A DNA stretch of 64,000 nucleotides from Candidatus Enterousia sp. (GTDB taxonomy: Bacteria; Pseudomonadota; Alphaproteobacteria; Rs-D84), in the NCBI GenBank assembly GCA_045546195.1, contig JAZQCH010000008.1, forward strand, positions 7,481-71,480, in the 5' to 3' direction. Of this stretch, positions 26,538-36,817 are shown piece by piece. The notes under the pieces are model-generated. The model saw only the letters and a program-made list of their open reading frames with translations. It was not told the origin of the DNA and did not search any database. How positions within the stretch are numbered: the stretch's first letter is position 1; the number at the start of each line of letters is the position of its first letter. A program made the position numbers and the translations under genes.

Positions 26538-27101
26538 ATGAAGAAATCTATTTTATTTGCTTTGTTGGGTGTTTTAACATTGGCGGGATGTGCGACGGAC
26601 AAAGACGCGCCGTATAACGAAGTGGACTTTGCCCAGGGTGGCGAAGATGCGCCGCTGTATAACGAACGCACCAGCACGTTTATGCAATCTGATAATCAGT
26701 ATTCAAATATCGATTCGTTTAAACCCAAGACATCTGCGGAAAAAGAGCAAAGTTCAAATCGCTGGAATACATCGCGTATGGAAACGCGTTGGCAGGAATA
26801 CAAGGGTACAATGGTGCGCGTACAGATTCTGTTGGGAAATACAGATGTGCGTGAAATGCGGTTGCGTCTGATGCAAAATGCGGACGGTATGGATATAGAT
26901 GGCGATTCGCGTACGATATTGGCGGCGGTCGCAGATTATGAAATGAAACGCGTATGCGGACGTAACGCAGACAGTATTGTCATGGTGTATGACAGACCGT
27001 CGTTTGATGTGATGCGTCCAACACCATACTTTGACTATCGGATTGAAGCCGAAGGGGCAACGATGCGTGAATACGGTTTCAGATGTGTGTATAACAATTA
27101 A
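26538..27101 (+). CDS. Lipoprotein, unknown function
   Basis: [18 protein letters not shown] lipobox. No recognisable domain. Confidence 0.65.
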   Translation: MKKSILFALLGVLTLAGCATDKDAPYNEVDFAQGGEDAPLYNERTSTFMQSDNQYSNIDSFKPKTSAEKEQSSNRWNTSRMETRWQEYKGTMVRVQILLGNTDVREMRLRLMQNADGMDIDGDSRTILAAVADYEMKRVCGRNADSIVMVYDRPSFDVMRPTPYFDYRIEAEGATMREYGFRCVYNN

Positions 27102-27130
27102 TTAACAACAAAAACAAAAGGGGTATGTAC

Positions 27131-27463
27131 ATGAAAAAATTAGTGTCTGTTATGGGTGTGTTGGCGGCATTGGGCCTGGCGGGGTGCGGTGAAAAGGCAC
27201 CAGTCGCAGAAAATGGTGATACAGTTGTTATCAATTTCGCAGGTTATCTGGATGGGGTTCAGTTCCCAGGTGGTACAGCGGAAAATTTCCCATTGAAATT
27301 GGGCAGCGGTCAGTTTGTCCCAGGATTTGAAGAACAGGTTGTTGGTATGGCCGAAGGTGAAGAACGTGATATTAACATCACATTCCCAGAACAGTATGTT
27401 CAGGATTTGGCCGGTAAATCTGTTGTCTTTAAGGTAAAAGTTGTTGATATTGTTGAAAAATAA
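27131..27463 (+). CDS. FKBP-type peptidyl-prolyl cis-trans isomerase lipoprotein
   Basis: Lipobox LGLAGC, then [20 protein letters not shown]....[19 protein letters not shown] (FKBP/trigger-factor PPIase signature). Confidence 0.8.
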   Translation: MKKLVSVMGVLAALGLAGCGEKAPVAENGDTVVINFAGYLDGVQFPGGTAENFPLKLGSGQFVPGFEEQVVGMAEGEERDINITFPEQYVQDLAGKSVVFKVKVVDIVEK

Positions 27464-27477
27464 TTATCAGCAGATTT

Positions 27478-27511
27478 AAAAAAACGCCCCCCAAATCGGG
27501 GGGCTGTTTTT
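27478..27511 (+). terminator. Intrinsic terminator after the FKBP gene
   Basis: AAAAAAACGCCCCCC-AAATC-GGGGGGCTGTTTTT. Confidence 0.75.
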
Positions 27512-27568
27512 GTGTGGGGTTATTCAAAAAAATATATGGACAAAAATTGCGCAAATCGGTATCATGTG

Positions 27569-27702
27569 TGGTATAGAAGGAAAAAAAGACTGCCTAAAAA
27601 AAAGGGACGATTAGATTAGGCATAATTCTACAAAGTAATTTCCCAGATTTTCGCATATTTTGACTCCCCATTGTTTGCCTAAAAAAAACGTCGGTTTGGG
27701 TG
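27569..27702 (+). promoter_or_regulatory. Conserved 5' module, copy B
   Basis: Same block as 14647-14780. The hairpin here is TGCCTAA-N18-TTAGGCA, a compensatory change relative to copy A. The block starts at TGGTATAGA. Confidence 0.7.
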
Positions 27703-28913
27703 TGTTGTTGATGCCACTGGGCGCGGCGATGGCTGATATGGTAACAGATTGCGCCGATTGTTATAAGTGCGTTTCGTTTGCGGGTGATGGTGGTTGTAAT
27801 AGGTGCGAGTATGATGAAGCCTATTGTATGTTGTCTGATATGTTGTATAATGAAAATGCTTGTTCCTATTTTGAAGGCTTGTATCGTACAGTCGCCGAGG
27901 ATGCCAATTGTCCTGTTGCGAACGGGGAATACAATGCTTTGATACAAAATGCATGTGGCAGATATCATTCGGGTAATTACAGTGATTGTGTTAATTATTT
28001 GGGTAATTACAATTCGATGTTCTTTACGGCGATATGTGACCATATGGGGGATATTTATACCGCAAGTTTGGCGTCGAATATTGTCGATTGTACAATCCGT
28101 GATGACGCAGCAGTGGAAGAAGATATTGTCATGCCCACGGATTTATGGTATCCGGGGCAGTATTGTTATAATGACACAGATCGTTATATTATGTATCGGT
28201 GTGACTGTGAACGTGATTCGTCGATAAGCCAGGCTGTGTCCAGTCAGGCGGTTTGTATGGAGGTGTATGGCACAGAAAATGAAATTCGTGGGAATTGTTA
28301 TCTGGGGGCTGTAAGTGAAGACGTGTATTTGGTGACGAACAGTGCGGGTGAAACGCCGTATTGTGGTACCACAAGCGATATGTTGTCGTCCAGGTGGGCG
28401 GATTATGTCTGCGCAGATACCCAAGACCCAATGCAAACGCCAGAACAGTTGTGTGCGTGTCGTACAACCTGGTCGGATTGGGGAAATGATGGGGTGGATT
28501 TTGGCGTTATTCGTGAACGGCCAGAATATGCCTGTGGTCAGGTTGATTGGTCAACGCGGTGCCAGGATACGTCGCATAATTTGTCGGGGCTGTATATGGC
28601 CAGTGCGAAAAACTATAACTGTACGCGGACTGGGGATACACAGTATCAGTGTTCGTGCCCGTCGGCTTATTACACGATAACCACCGCCCAACCCCAGGGA
28701 AGCGATAGATGTAACTGTAACCGGTGTCCGTGTGTTGTGGACAAAGATGGAATTCAACGATGTGGCGCGGTTACTGGGGCAGGGTTGGAACAGGATTCGG
28801 AATATGGGTATTTTATGGGGGCGGAAATAACGCATTGCGGGTTGTCGCGCGGAACATTTGCCGATGATTCAGGTGAATTTCAATACACGGACTATTGCCG
28901 GTGGCAAAATTAG
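27660..28913 (+). CDS. Cys-rich secreted protein (family member 4), start uncertain
   Basis: The TTG start gives [25 protein letters not shown] as signal peptide. About 10 percent Cys. C-terminal ..[21 protein letters not shown] module. Confidence 0.6.
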   Translation: MTPHCLPKKNVGLGVLLMPLGAAMADMVTDCADCYKCVSFAGDGGCNRCEYDEAYCMLSDMLYNENACSYFEGLYRTVAEDANCPVANGEYNALIQNACGRYHSGNYSDCVNYLGNYNSMFFTAICDHMGDIYTASLASNIVDCTIRDDAAVEEDIVMPTDLWYPGQYCYNDTDRYIMYRCDCERDSSISQAVSSQAVCMEVYGTENEIRGNCYLGAVSEDVYLVTNSAGETPYCGTTSDMLSSRWADYVCADTQDPMQTPEQLCACRTTWSDWGNDGVDFGVIRERPEYACGQVDWSTRCQDTSHNLSGLYMASAKNYNCTRTGDTQYQCSCPSAYYTITTAQPQGSDRCNCNRCPCVVDKDGIQRCGAVTGAGLEQDSEYGYFMGAEITHCGLSRGTFADDSGEFQYTDYCRWQN

Positions 28914-29074
28914 GATGCCGGGGGGGGATAAATTTGGTGCCGATGCCATTTTTGGGGTCGGCACCTTGTTATTTGTGGACTTGTATATTACAAAAAAGGG
29001 GCTATATATATCATAAATTCGCGAATCGGGTTTTTGTATGGTATAATTTCACAGATAGTAAAAGGATTTGTATT

Positions 29075-29656
29075 ATGGCACTGATACCAATGGTTATAGA
29101 AGAATCGCCACGTGGGGAACGTTCGTTTGATATCTATTCACGTCTGTTGCGCGATCGTATTGTTATGGTAAATGGGGAAATAGAGCCAACAATGGCAAAC
29201 AGTATTGTGGCACAGTTGTTGTTTCTGGAATCTGAAAATCCAAATGCAGAAATTTCAATGTATATCAATTCGCCGGGTGGTGATGTGTCGGCGGGTTGGG
29301 CGATTATGGATACGATGCAATATATCAAGGCACCAGTTTCAACAATCGGTATGGGATTGGTTGCGTCGATGGGGTCGGTTTTGTTGGCCGCCGGTGAAAA
29401 GGGCAAACGCTTTGTATTGCCAAATACCCAGATTATGATTCATCAGCCGTTGGCGGGCGCACAGGGCCAGATTACCGATATGGAAATCAGAATGAATCAA
29501 TATCAGAAAAACAAGAAAACGTTAATCAAACAGATGTCTGAATTTACAGGTAAAAAAGAAAAAGAACTGTTTGATGCGATGGAACGTGATAACTGGATGT
29601 GCCCGGGCGAGGCCAAAGATTTCGGTCTGATTGACGGTATATTGGAACGTAAATAA
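29075..29656 (+). CDS. clpP: ATP-dependent Clp protease proteolytic subunit
   Basis: Internal ATG gives [30 protein letters not shown].. . Active-site region [13 protein letters not shown], then ..IMIHQP. Confidence 0.95.
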   Translation: MALIPMVIEESPRGERSFDIYSRLLRDRIVMVNGEIEPTMANSIVAQLLFLESENPNAEISMYINSPGGDVSAGWAIMDTMQYIKAPVSTIGMGLVASMGSVLLAAGEKGKRFVLPNTQIMIHQPLAGAQGQITDMEIRMNQYQKNKKTLIKQMSEFTGKKEKELFDAMERDNWMCPGEAKDFGLIDGILERK

Positions 29657-29682
29657 TTCATAGTTTGTATGGGGAAGCAGAT

Positions 29683-30942
29683 ATGAGTGATGATAAAACA
29701 CCAAAAACAGAAAATAATCAGCAGTTCTGCAGTTTCTGTGGCAAGGCGGTTTATGAAGTAAAAAAGTTAGTCAGTGGACGTAATGTCTGTATCTGTGATG
29801 AATGTATCAATCTGTGTAATGATATTATGGCAGATGATAATCGTCGCGCAGTCAGTCAGGATGTCAAGAAACTGCCAACCCCATCCCAGATTTATAATTT
29901 CTTGAACGAATATATCATTGGCCAGGATACGGCCAAGCGTACGCTGGCGGTGGCGGTGTATAATCATTATAAGCGTCATTCGGTGGCAACAACATCGGAT
30001 GTGGAAATTCAGAAATCAAATGTATTGCTGATTGGGTCCACGGGGACGGGGAAAACACTGTTTGCCCAAACATTGGCGCGCGTGTTGGATGTGCCGTTCG
30101 CAATTGCGGATGCGACCACTTTGACCGAGGCAGGCTATGTCGGTGACGATGTGGAAAGTGTATTGACGCGTTTGTTACAGAATGCGAATTTCGATGTGGA
30201 ACGTGCGGGGCGCGGTATCATTTATATCGACGAAATTGACAAGATTTCCAGAAAATCAGAAAATCCATCGCTGACACGCGATGTTTCCGGCGAAGGTGTT
30301 CAGCAGGCGTTGTTGAAACTGATAGAAGGTACCGTCGCCAATGTGCCCGCCGGTGGCGCAGGGCGCAAACATCCAGGCGAAGCGACGGTTCAATTGGATA
30401 CCAGCAAAATTTTGTTCATCTGTGGCGGGGCGTTCGATGGCCTGAACAAGATTATTGGTAATCGCACATCGGCGCGTCGTGGAATTGGATTTGGCGCAAA
30501 TATTGAATCTGACGAAGAACGCAAGAATAAAAGTTTCCTAAAAGATGTCGAACCCGAAGATTTAGTAAAGTTTGGAATTATTCCAGAACTGATTGGGCGT
30601 TTGCCGGTTATTACAACGTTACAGGAACTGGACGAAGACGCGTTGGTCAAGATTTTGACCGAACCAAAAAATGCGGTTGTAAAGCAGTTCACAGCGATGC
30701 TGGGGATGGACGGGGTTAAGTTGAATATCACAGATGACGGTCTGCGTGCGATTGCGAAAATGGCGGTGGCGCGCAAAACCGGGGCGCGTGGTTTGCGCAG
30801 TATTCTGGAACGCGTGTTGATGCAACCGATGTTTGACGCGCCGGACAAGGAAGATTTGGCGGAAATCGTAATTGATGCGGATGTTGTTGATGGAAAAAAG
30901 CAACCTGTGGAAATTATGAAGGAATCCAAAAAGGCCGCATAA
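29683..30942 (+). CDS. clpX: ATP-dependent Clp protease ATP-binding subunit ClpX
   Basis: Zinc-binding CSFCGK..CICDECI, Walker [27 protein letters not shown]. Confidence 0.95.
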   Translation: MSDDKTPKTENNQQFCSFCGKAVYEVKKLVSGRNVCICDECINLCNDIMADDNRRAVSQDVKKLPTPSQIYNFLNEYIIGQDTAKRTLAVAVYNHYKRHSVATTSDVEIQKSNVLLIGSTGTGKTLFAQTLARVLDVPFAIADATTLTEAGYVGDDVESVLTRLLQNANFDVERAGRGIIYIDEIDKISRKSENPSLTRDVSGEGVQQALLKLIEGTVANVPAGGAGRKHPGEATVQLDTSKILFICGGAFDGLNKIIGNRTSARRGIGFGANIESDEERKNKSFLKDVEPEDLVKFGIIPELIGRLPVITTLQELDEDALVKILTEPKNAVVKQFTAMLGMDGVKLNITDDGLRAIAKMAVARKTGARGLRSILERVLMQPMFDAPDKEDLAEIVIDADVVDGKKQPVEIMKESKKAA

Positions 30943-30973
30943 AAATCCCCCGCCACCCGGCGGGGATTTTTTT
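30941..30973 (+). terminator. Intrinsic terminator after clpX
   Basis: AAAAATCCCCCGCC-ACCC-GGCGGGGATTTTTTT. Confidence 0.75.
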
Positions 30974-31051
30974 ATCTAAGTTTTTTTAGGTGGTTGGGTT
31001 GCGTGGCGCGCAAATGCGTGATATTATCGTGTTTATAAAGGAATAAAAATT

Positions 31052-32266
31052 ATGCAGAACGAATTATTGGCTGAATTACAGGCGCGTGGATTTATCAATC
31101 AGACATCTAATATGGATGGGTTGAATGATGCGTTGAATGCGGGAAAAATTACGGCGTATTTGGGGTCTGACCCAACCGCTGATTCGTTACATGTTGGGCA
31201 TCTGGTGCCGGTGATGATGATGCGTTGGTTACAGAAATATGGGCACAAGCCAATTACACTGGTCGGTGGGGCAACGGGACGTATCGGTGACCCGTCGGGA
31301 CGTGACAGTGGCCGACCAATGATGACCGAAGAAGTGTTGGCGAAAAATGTCGCAGGATTGAAAAAATCGTTTTCTAAGTTTTTCAAGTTTGGTGATGGCG
31401 CGTCCGACGCAATTATGGTTGATAACTATGATTGGATGAAGAATTACAGCCATATGGATTTCCTGCGCGATTTTGGGACGGATTTCACAGTGCCGCGTAT
31501 GTTGTCGATGGATTCGGTAAAACGTCGATTGGATAACGGTATGACGTTCTTGGAATTTAACTATATGACGTTCCAGGCGGTGGATTTCCTGACGCTGTAT
31601 CGTGAACATAATTGTATATTACAGACCTGTGGGGCGGACCAGTGGGGTAATGCGATTATGGGGATTGAACTGATACGCAAGAAGTTAGGCAAAGAGGCTT
31701 TTGTTTTGTCGACATCGCTGATTACAGATGCCAATGGAAATAAAATTGGAAAATCGGCCGGTAATGCGGTTTGGGTGAACGAAGATAAAACATCGCCATA
31801 TGAGTACTATCAATATTTCCGTAATGTGTCGGATGATTTGGTGGAAAAGTTCTTGAAAATATTTACAGAAATTCCGTTGGACGAAATTGCACGCCTGGCC
31901 GCGTTGCGTGGGGCAGAATTAAATGCCGCGAAAAAGGTGCTGGCATTTGCCGCAACCGAAATCGCACACGGACATGACGCCGCCGTTGCCGCCCAAGAAG
32001 CCGCCGATGCGTTGTTCGGTGGTGGGGCAAATTCGGCGAATGTCCCAAGTGTTGAAATTGATATGGCGGGCGATATGGGGATTTTGGATTTCTTGTGTGC
32101 GACGGGACTGTTTGCGTCTAAGTCCGAAGCGCGCCGCACGGTCGAGCAGGGCGGAATCCAAATCGATGGCAAGAAATTTACCGACCCGAAATCTGTTTTG
32201 GCAGTGGCACCGGAATTCATGGTACAAAAGGGCAAGAAGGTGTTCTTGAAAGTGATTGTGCGGTAA
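31052..32266 (+). CDS. tyrS: Tyrosine--tRNA ligase
   Basis: HIGH motif (HVGHLVPV), KMSKS-like KIGKS, C-terminal S4-like domain. Confidence 0.95.
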   Translation: MQNELLAELQARGFINQTSNMDGLNDALNAGKITAYLGSDPTADSLHVGHLVPVMMMRWLQKYGHKPITLVGGATGRIGDPSGRDSGRPMMTEEVLAKNVAGLKKSFSKFFKFGDGASDAIMVDNYDWMKNYSHMDFLRDFGTDFTVPRMLSMDSVKRRLDNGMTFLEFNYMTFQAVDFLTLYREHNCILQTCGADQWGNAIMGIELIRKKLGKEAFVLSTSLITDANGNKIGKSAGNAVWVNEDKTSPYEYYQYFRNVSDDLVEKFLKIFTEIPLDEIARLAALRGAELNAAKKVLAFAATEIAHGHDAAVAAQEAADALFGGGANSANVPSVEIDMAGDMGILDFLCATGLFASKSEARRTVEQGGIQIDGKKFTDPKSVLAVAPEFMVQKGKKVFLKVIVR

Positions 32267-33339
32267 TGAAGAAGGTAGTTGCGGTATTTTCTTTGTTTTT
32301 TATGTTTGCTGGGCCGGTGCTGGGCGCCAGCGAACTGTCCAAGATTAACGCACAGATTAAGCAAACCGAACAACAAAACAAGAAGTTGGAACAACAGGTT
32401 AAAACTTCGAACAAGGAACTGTCGAAAACAAAAAAAGATTTGGTGCGCGCCGCAGACAAGGTTAGCGACCTGGAAGATCAACGTGGCGCAATGGCGAAAA
32501 AAATCGCAGAACTGGACGCGCAACGCGAAAAAATTACGCGTGAAATGGAATCGAATCGGGCGCGGATATCAGATGCCGCTGCCAGTATTCTGTTCGTCGC
32601 GTCGCACCCCAGTTTTGATGCCGAAAATATGCGGGAATATGTGCTGATGTCGGCGGTGCTGTCGGGGACGGCGCAACAGTTGGACGGTGAAATCGCACGG
32701 GCGGAAAAACAGGTGCGGGAACTGGGGCAAATTCGTGACGCACGGGCGGTCGAAAAAGAAAAATTAGACAGAACCGCAAAAAAATATGCGCGTGAAAAAA
32801 AGGAACTGGATAAACTGTTGAAAACGCGCAGTGCGCAAAATGAAAAGTTGAAAAATCAACATTCGGCATTACAGAAAAAATTGCGCGAATTGTCGGCACG
32901 CGCAAAAAGTATTTCAGAATTATCCGCCGGCGTGGGCAGTTCACAGATGTCAGCAGACGCAAGTTTTTCAAGACGGAAATTAAACCTGCCGGTAAGGGGG
33001 CGTGTGGTGGTGAAATTTGGTGAAAAAACCGCGTTGGGGTTGAAATCAGATGGTTGGCGGGTGCGTACGCGCGGTGATGCGTTGGTGATGGCACCGGCGG
33101 ACGGGGTTGTAAAGTTTGCCGACAGTTTCCGCGGGTTTGGGAAAGTCGTGATTATGTCGCATAAAAATGGGTATAATACCGTTATGACGAACCTGGGGAA
33201 TATTGATGTGATGCTGGAACAGGAAGTTTTGGCGGGCGAACCAATTGGACGGATGAACCCGGACAAGCCAGAAATGTATCTGGAAGTGCGCCGTGGGAAC
33301 AAGGCCGTTGACCCCGCACGATTGTTCAAAGAAGAATAA
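32266..33339 (+). CDS. EnvC-like murein hydrolase activator (coiled coil plus M23/LytM domain)
   Basis: Signal peptide, long Q/K/E-rich coiled coil, C-terminal LytM fold ..APADGVVKFADSFRGFGKVVIMSHKNGYNTVMTNLG.. . The start overlaps the tyrS stop (TAATG). Confidence 0.75.
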   Translation: MKKVVAVFSLFFMFAGPVLGASELSKINAQIKQTEQQNKKLEQQVKTSNKELSKTKKDLVRAADKVSDLEDQRGAMAKKIAELDAQREKITREMESNRARISDAAASILFVASHPSFDAENMREYVLMSAVLSGTAQQLDGEIARAEKQVRELGQIRDARAVEKEKLDRTAKKYAREKKELDKLLKTRSAQNEKLKNQHSALQKKLRELSARAKSISELSAGVGSSQMSADASFSRRKLNLPVRGRVVVKFGEKTALGLKSDGWRVRTRGDALVMAPADGVVKFADSFRGFGKVVIMSHKNGYNTVMTNLGNIDVMLEQEVLAGEPIGRMNPDKPEMYLEVRRGNKAVDPARLFKEE

Positions 33340-33412
33340 AATATCCAAATTCCGATTTTTTTAATAAAAAAACGCGCAGTGGCGCGGATTCTGTGGCGTG
33401 TGGCCGAAAAAA

Positions 33413-33530
33413 CAGTGCCTAATTAAAACGGTGGTTTGGATTCGGCACAAAATATGATTGACTTTTCGCCCAAAATGCGACAAAATTCAGCAAAAGAAGT
33501 GCCGAATCCAAACCACCGTTTGGGTGCGTC
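33413..33530 (+). promoter_or_regulatory. Rearranged relative of the conserved 5' module (copy C) with a perfect 23-bp inverted repeat
   Basis: CAGTGCCTAATTAAAACGGTGGTTTGGATTCGGCAC aligns to module hairpin 1 of copies A/B. AAACGGTGGTTTGGATTCGGCAC (33426-33448) is the exact reverse complement of 33499-33521, with a 50-nt spacer. It ends in GTTTGGGTGCG like A/B. Confidence 0.75.
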
Positions 33531-33556
33531 GCGTATAGAAGAAAGGGAGAGCAAAT

Positions 33557-34669
33557 ATGCGGTTTTTTAGCAAAAATATTGATTTGTACAACGTGGGTCA
33601 ATGGGCGCGTCGTGCGGGGGTGCGTATGATGGGGTTGGTTGTTGCGTTGTTTGCGTCCGCGCGCGCAGATGCCGCCGAAGGAATTATGGGGACCGCATGC
33701 CCGGGTTGTGTGACATATGTTGGAACGGTTTGTGATTCTGGTTCAACATACGGTGCATATGATGATGGTGTTGGTGTTGGTACACAGTATGCGTATTGTA
33801 TTGATGCCAATATTATGGATGCATATGATGCGCGTATTTATGACGCGGATTGCGTGGCACTGTTGAAAAGTTGGGGGATGTGTGACGCGATGTCGTCGGG
33901 GTCGCAAAGTATGGGGTTGGAAATGTTGTATAATCCGGACCTGAATTGTACAACTGCGTCCGAATGGGCGGGATATTATGTTGAGTATGGGTTCAACACG
34001 TATGAGCATAATCGTGATATATCGGGGAATGTGGAATTTTATGAAATGGCTGCGGACGAGCCTTATATTTGTTGTGATGTCAGCGAAGGTGTTGGTTCGG
34101 CACCATGTTGTGTTTCTAGTTCTTCGTGTTTAGAAGATTATGCGTATTGTGGATATTGTAGTGGGCAAATGTATTCTTTGTTGGTTTATGACAGTGGTGA
34201 TATGGGTAATGCCCAAACGTGTACAGATGCGTTTGAAGCGTACTTTAACAGCGAAGATAATTCAACCGGATGGTGCGATGGTTCCGGTATTATGGTCGAG
34301 GCCACCGGCGCCATGTTAATTGCCCAGGCGTGTTGGGGCGCCACCACAATACGCCAGGCCAGTTCGTACGGTATGCAATCATATTGCGGTGTTGTGATTA
34401 CGGGATGTCGCGCCGACAATGGATATTGGTTTAATGGCGATGTTGCCACTCCGAATGATTTTATTGCTGATGGTTCGGCGCATTCGTGTAGTGCGTGTCC
34501 GGCGCCGGTCAGTGGTTATGACAGTGGACATAATTTCAGCATCAATGGCGGAACGGGTATTGGTGTTGAATCATGCTATGCCACGGCGGGAACGGCGACT
34601 ATATCTTTGACAGATACTACGGGGACATATCAGGAAACAATCACCGCGGATTGCCCGTACACGGAATAA
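33557..34669 (+). CDS. Cys-rich secreted protein (family member 5)
   Basis: AGGGAGA SD. Signal peptide ..RMMGLVVALFASARADA. C-terminal ..CSACPAPV..ESCYATAG..GTYQETITADCPY module. Confidence 0.7.
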   Translation: MRFFSKNIDLYNVGQWARRAGVRMMGLVVALFASARADAAEGIMGTACPGCVTYVGTVCDSGSTYGAYDDGVGVGTQYAYCIDANIMDAYDARIYDADCVALLKSWGMCDAMSSGSQSMGLEMLYNPDLNCTTASEWAGYYVEYGFNTYEHNRDISGNVEFYEMAADEPYICCDVSEGVGSAPCCVSSSSCLEDYAYCGYCSGQMYSLLVYDSGDMGNAQTCTDAFEAYFNSEDNSTGWCDGSGIMVEATGAMLIAQACWGATTIRQASSYGMQSYCGVVITGCRADNGYWFNGDVATPNDFIADGSAHSCSACPAPVSGYDSGHNFSINGGTGIGVESCYATAGTATISLTDTTGTYQETITADCPYTE

Positions 34670-34685
34670 CAAAAAGATTGGGTTT

Positions 34686-35783
34686 ATGAAAAAGGCAAAG
34701 AAACAGATTAATGTTATCGAAATCGATACGCGTGACGCAGACTATCAGACCGGTATTGGGCGGTATATCGATATTGTGTCGCGTAATATGCCAGATTATG
34801 TTCATACATATCGCATCATTTTATATCGCACGCATAAAAATGAATTACATATCACAGAAACAGATACGGAATTGTCGGTATATATGACGACCAGTATGCA
34901 TAATTCCGTATTGAATAATATCATTATTCAGATGTGGGGGGCGAAAATCGCCAAGATGCAGAATTTGATTCTGAAAGTGAACTGTGTTGGGATGGAGACT
35001 TTGGCGTACGCGATTCGTACACAGTTTTATTGTAAAATTGTTGGGGTACTGCATTTTTCGCCACAGTGGATTTTGGACGGAAAGCCGGGACGGAAAAATA
35101 ATCCGTTCTTTAATATGGATCATGTTATTTCTGTGTTTGCGCGTGGGGTTGAATACCTGCGGGAAATTAAGTGTGTGCGGCCGCACACCGTGATTTTGAA
35201 CGGAATTGAACCGCCTAAAATAACCCCGCGTCCGCGTGATGACGTGTTCAGATTTATTTTCCCAAATGGATGGGCAAAGCGCAAGGGACTGGTCAAGATT
35301 TTGCCAGCATTTAAAAAAGTCGCAGAAAAGCATAATATCGAAGTTCTAATCCTGGGGGGATATGGACCCGAGATTAAGCCCGAAGAATTGTCGCGTGATT
35401 TGCCGGTGCGTTTGTTGGGACTGATAAACGACGAAAACGAGGTTGCAAAATACTATGATATGTCAGATTGCTGTTTATTCGCATCCGCGTCCGAGGCATG
35501 TTCCATCGCCGGGATAGAGGCAATGTCGCGCAATATGCCGATAATATCGACAAACTGCGAAGGGTTGGCGGAAATGTTTGGTAATGCGGCGCTGTATGTA
35601 AAAATGGGGGCAGATTATTCGATTGATGCGGATGAATATGCCGCGCATATGTGCAGCATTATTGAAAATAAACGTCTGCGCAACAAATTGTCTGTGTTGG
35701 CGTATTCGCGATATGTTTCGCATTATACCGCCAAGAAGATGGTCGCCGAAACATTAAAGATATACGAGAAGTTGACCGATTAA
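34686..35783 (+). CDS. Glycosyltransferase family 1 (GT-B, GT4-like)
   Basis: C-terminal half ..LFASASEACSIAGIEAMSRNMPIISTNCEGLAEMFG.. fits the E-x7-E GT1 motif region. Confidence 0.8.
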   Translation: MKKAKKQINVIEIDTRDADYQTGIGRYIDIVSRNMPDYVHTYRIILYRTHKNELHITETDTELSVYMTTSMHNSVLNNIIIQMWGAKIAKMQNLILKVNCVGMETLAYAIRTQFYCKIVGVLHFSPQWILDGKPGRKNNPFFNMDHVISVFARGVEYLREIKCVRPHTVILNGIEPPKITPRPRDDVFRFIFPNGWAKRKGLVKILPAFKKVAEKHNIEVLILGGYGPEIKPEELSRDLPVRLLGLINDENEVAKYYDMSDCCLFASASEACSIAGIEAMSRNMPIISTNCEGLAEMFGNAALYVKMGADYSIDADEYAAHMCSIIENKRLRNKLSVLAYSRYVSHYTAKKMVAETLKIYEKLTD

Positions 35784-35812
35784 AAATCCCCCAGTTGGGG
35801 GATTTTTATTTT
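35782..35812. terminator. Bidirectional terminator between convergent genes
   Basis: AAAAATCCCCC-AGTT-GGGGGATTTTTATTTTTT. Confidence 0.75.
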
Positions 35813-36672
35813 TTGATGCTTATTATATCATAATTTTTCAATGGGGTGACGGTAAGAGTGTGTGATAATGTCGCCCCCGATGATGTTGTTGGAATCATAC
35901 ATTCGGTCATTGTGTTTCTGTAATCTGCGTGTTTGGATTGGTCGGCCGTAGGCAGACTTAGGATTATCGCGCAGGTTTTCATTACTTCGTTGTTCGGACA
36001 CTGCCAGCACTGTTTCAAAACGGCGGCTGGGATTTGGTGGAATTTTTTTGCGTGTTCTTCGCGGGTGACACATTTTTTTGTTGATGTGTCCCAAACCTGG
36101 GTCGCGGTGTTACATTTTGTACAAATGCCATTTGAATCAATGCCCTGGGTTGATGTGGTTGGACATTCAACACAGTTATTGGATGTGGCACTTTCATAGC
36201 CAATATTGCCGTCATTTGCGCCGCATGGTTCGGTACAGGTGCCGTTGCGTTTAATCAAATTGCCGTTACAGTTGGTTGGTTCGGTACATGGTTTGTCGGA
36301 TACAACATTGCCACAGGCGTCTGTGACCCGTTGATATGTACATGTGCCGTTTGACAGGTCAACAGTGATGGTTTCGGATGTTGTCCAATTTTTTGCCTCT
36401 ACAAAATTGCCCTGTTTGGATGTGGTGCCGTTACAACACCATGCCTTGACCGAGCCATATGTGAACGATTGGCCATGGTATAGCCAATGGATATTATGGC
36501 GTTTGCGCATTTTTTGTTTACATTTTTTTTCCTGGGAACCACAGAACCAGGCACTGTCCGTGCCGTCTGTTTCCAGATAGCATTTATTGTTTGTGTCAAA
36601 CCCGTTCTTGGGTTCGGCAAACGCAGCGTTTGTACATAAAATAACTGAAATCGCGATGATAAATTTTTGCAT
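35806..36672 (-). CDS. Cys-rich secreted protein (family member 6)
   Basis: Signal peptide MQKFIIAISVILCTNAAFA. Many Cys, including NNCVECPTTSTQG and ICTKCN. Confidence 0.7.
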   Translation of the reverse strand: MQKFIIAISVILCTNAAFAEPKNGFDTNNKCYLETDGTDSAWFCGSQEKKCKQKMRKRHNIHWLYHGQSFTYGSVKAWCCNGTTSKQGNFVEAKNWTTSETITVDLSNGTCTYQRVTDACGNVVSDKPCTEPTNCNGNLIKRNGTCTEPCGANDGNIGYESATSNNCVECPTTSTQGIDSNGICTKCNTATQVWDTSTKKCVTREEHAKKFHQIPAAVLKQCWQCPNNEVMKTCAIILSLPTADQSKHADYRNTMTECMIPTTSSGATLSHTLTVTPLKNYDIISIKK

Positions 36673-36817
36673 CTTGTCCCCCGTAAGCGCATTTATATAT
36701 CTTTATATCTTATTTTATGATTTTTCGAATATTTTTGCAATATAAAATAAATTATGGGGTGTGGCGGATTTATAATTTGTCCCCACTCAGTTTTTTGTCT
36801 GGGTGGGGATAGTGGGT

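Noticed and set aside
31810-32523. 237-aa minus-strand ORF spanning the tyrS/envC-like junction
   Set aside because: It is antisense to two well-supported genes and crosses their TAATG junction. No coding signal.
33449-33498. Invertible promoter (inverton) between the 23-bp inverted repeats
   Set aside because: The spacer has a weak TTGACT-N17-CAAAAT. However, 50 bp is much shorter than known invertible segments and is probably too short for recombinase-mediated inversion. An RNA/DNA hairpin or a rearrangement relic is more plausible. The site is kept as a finding, but not as an inverton call.
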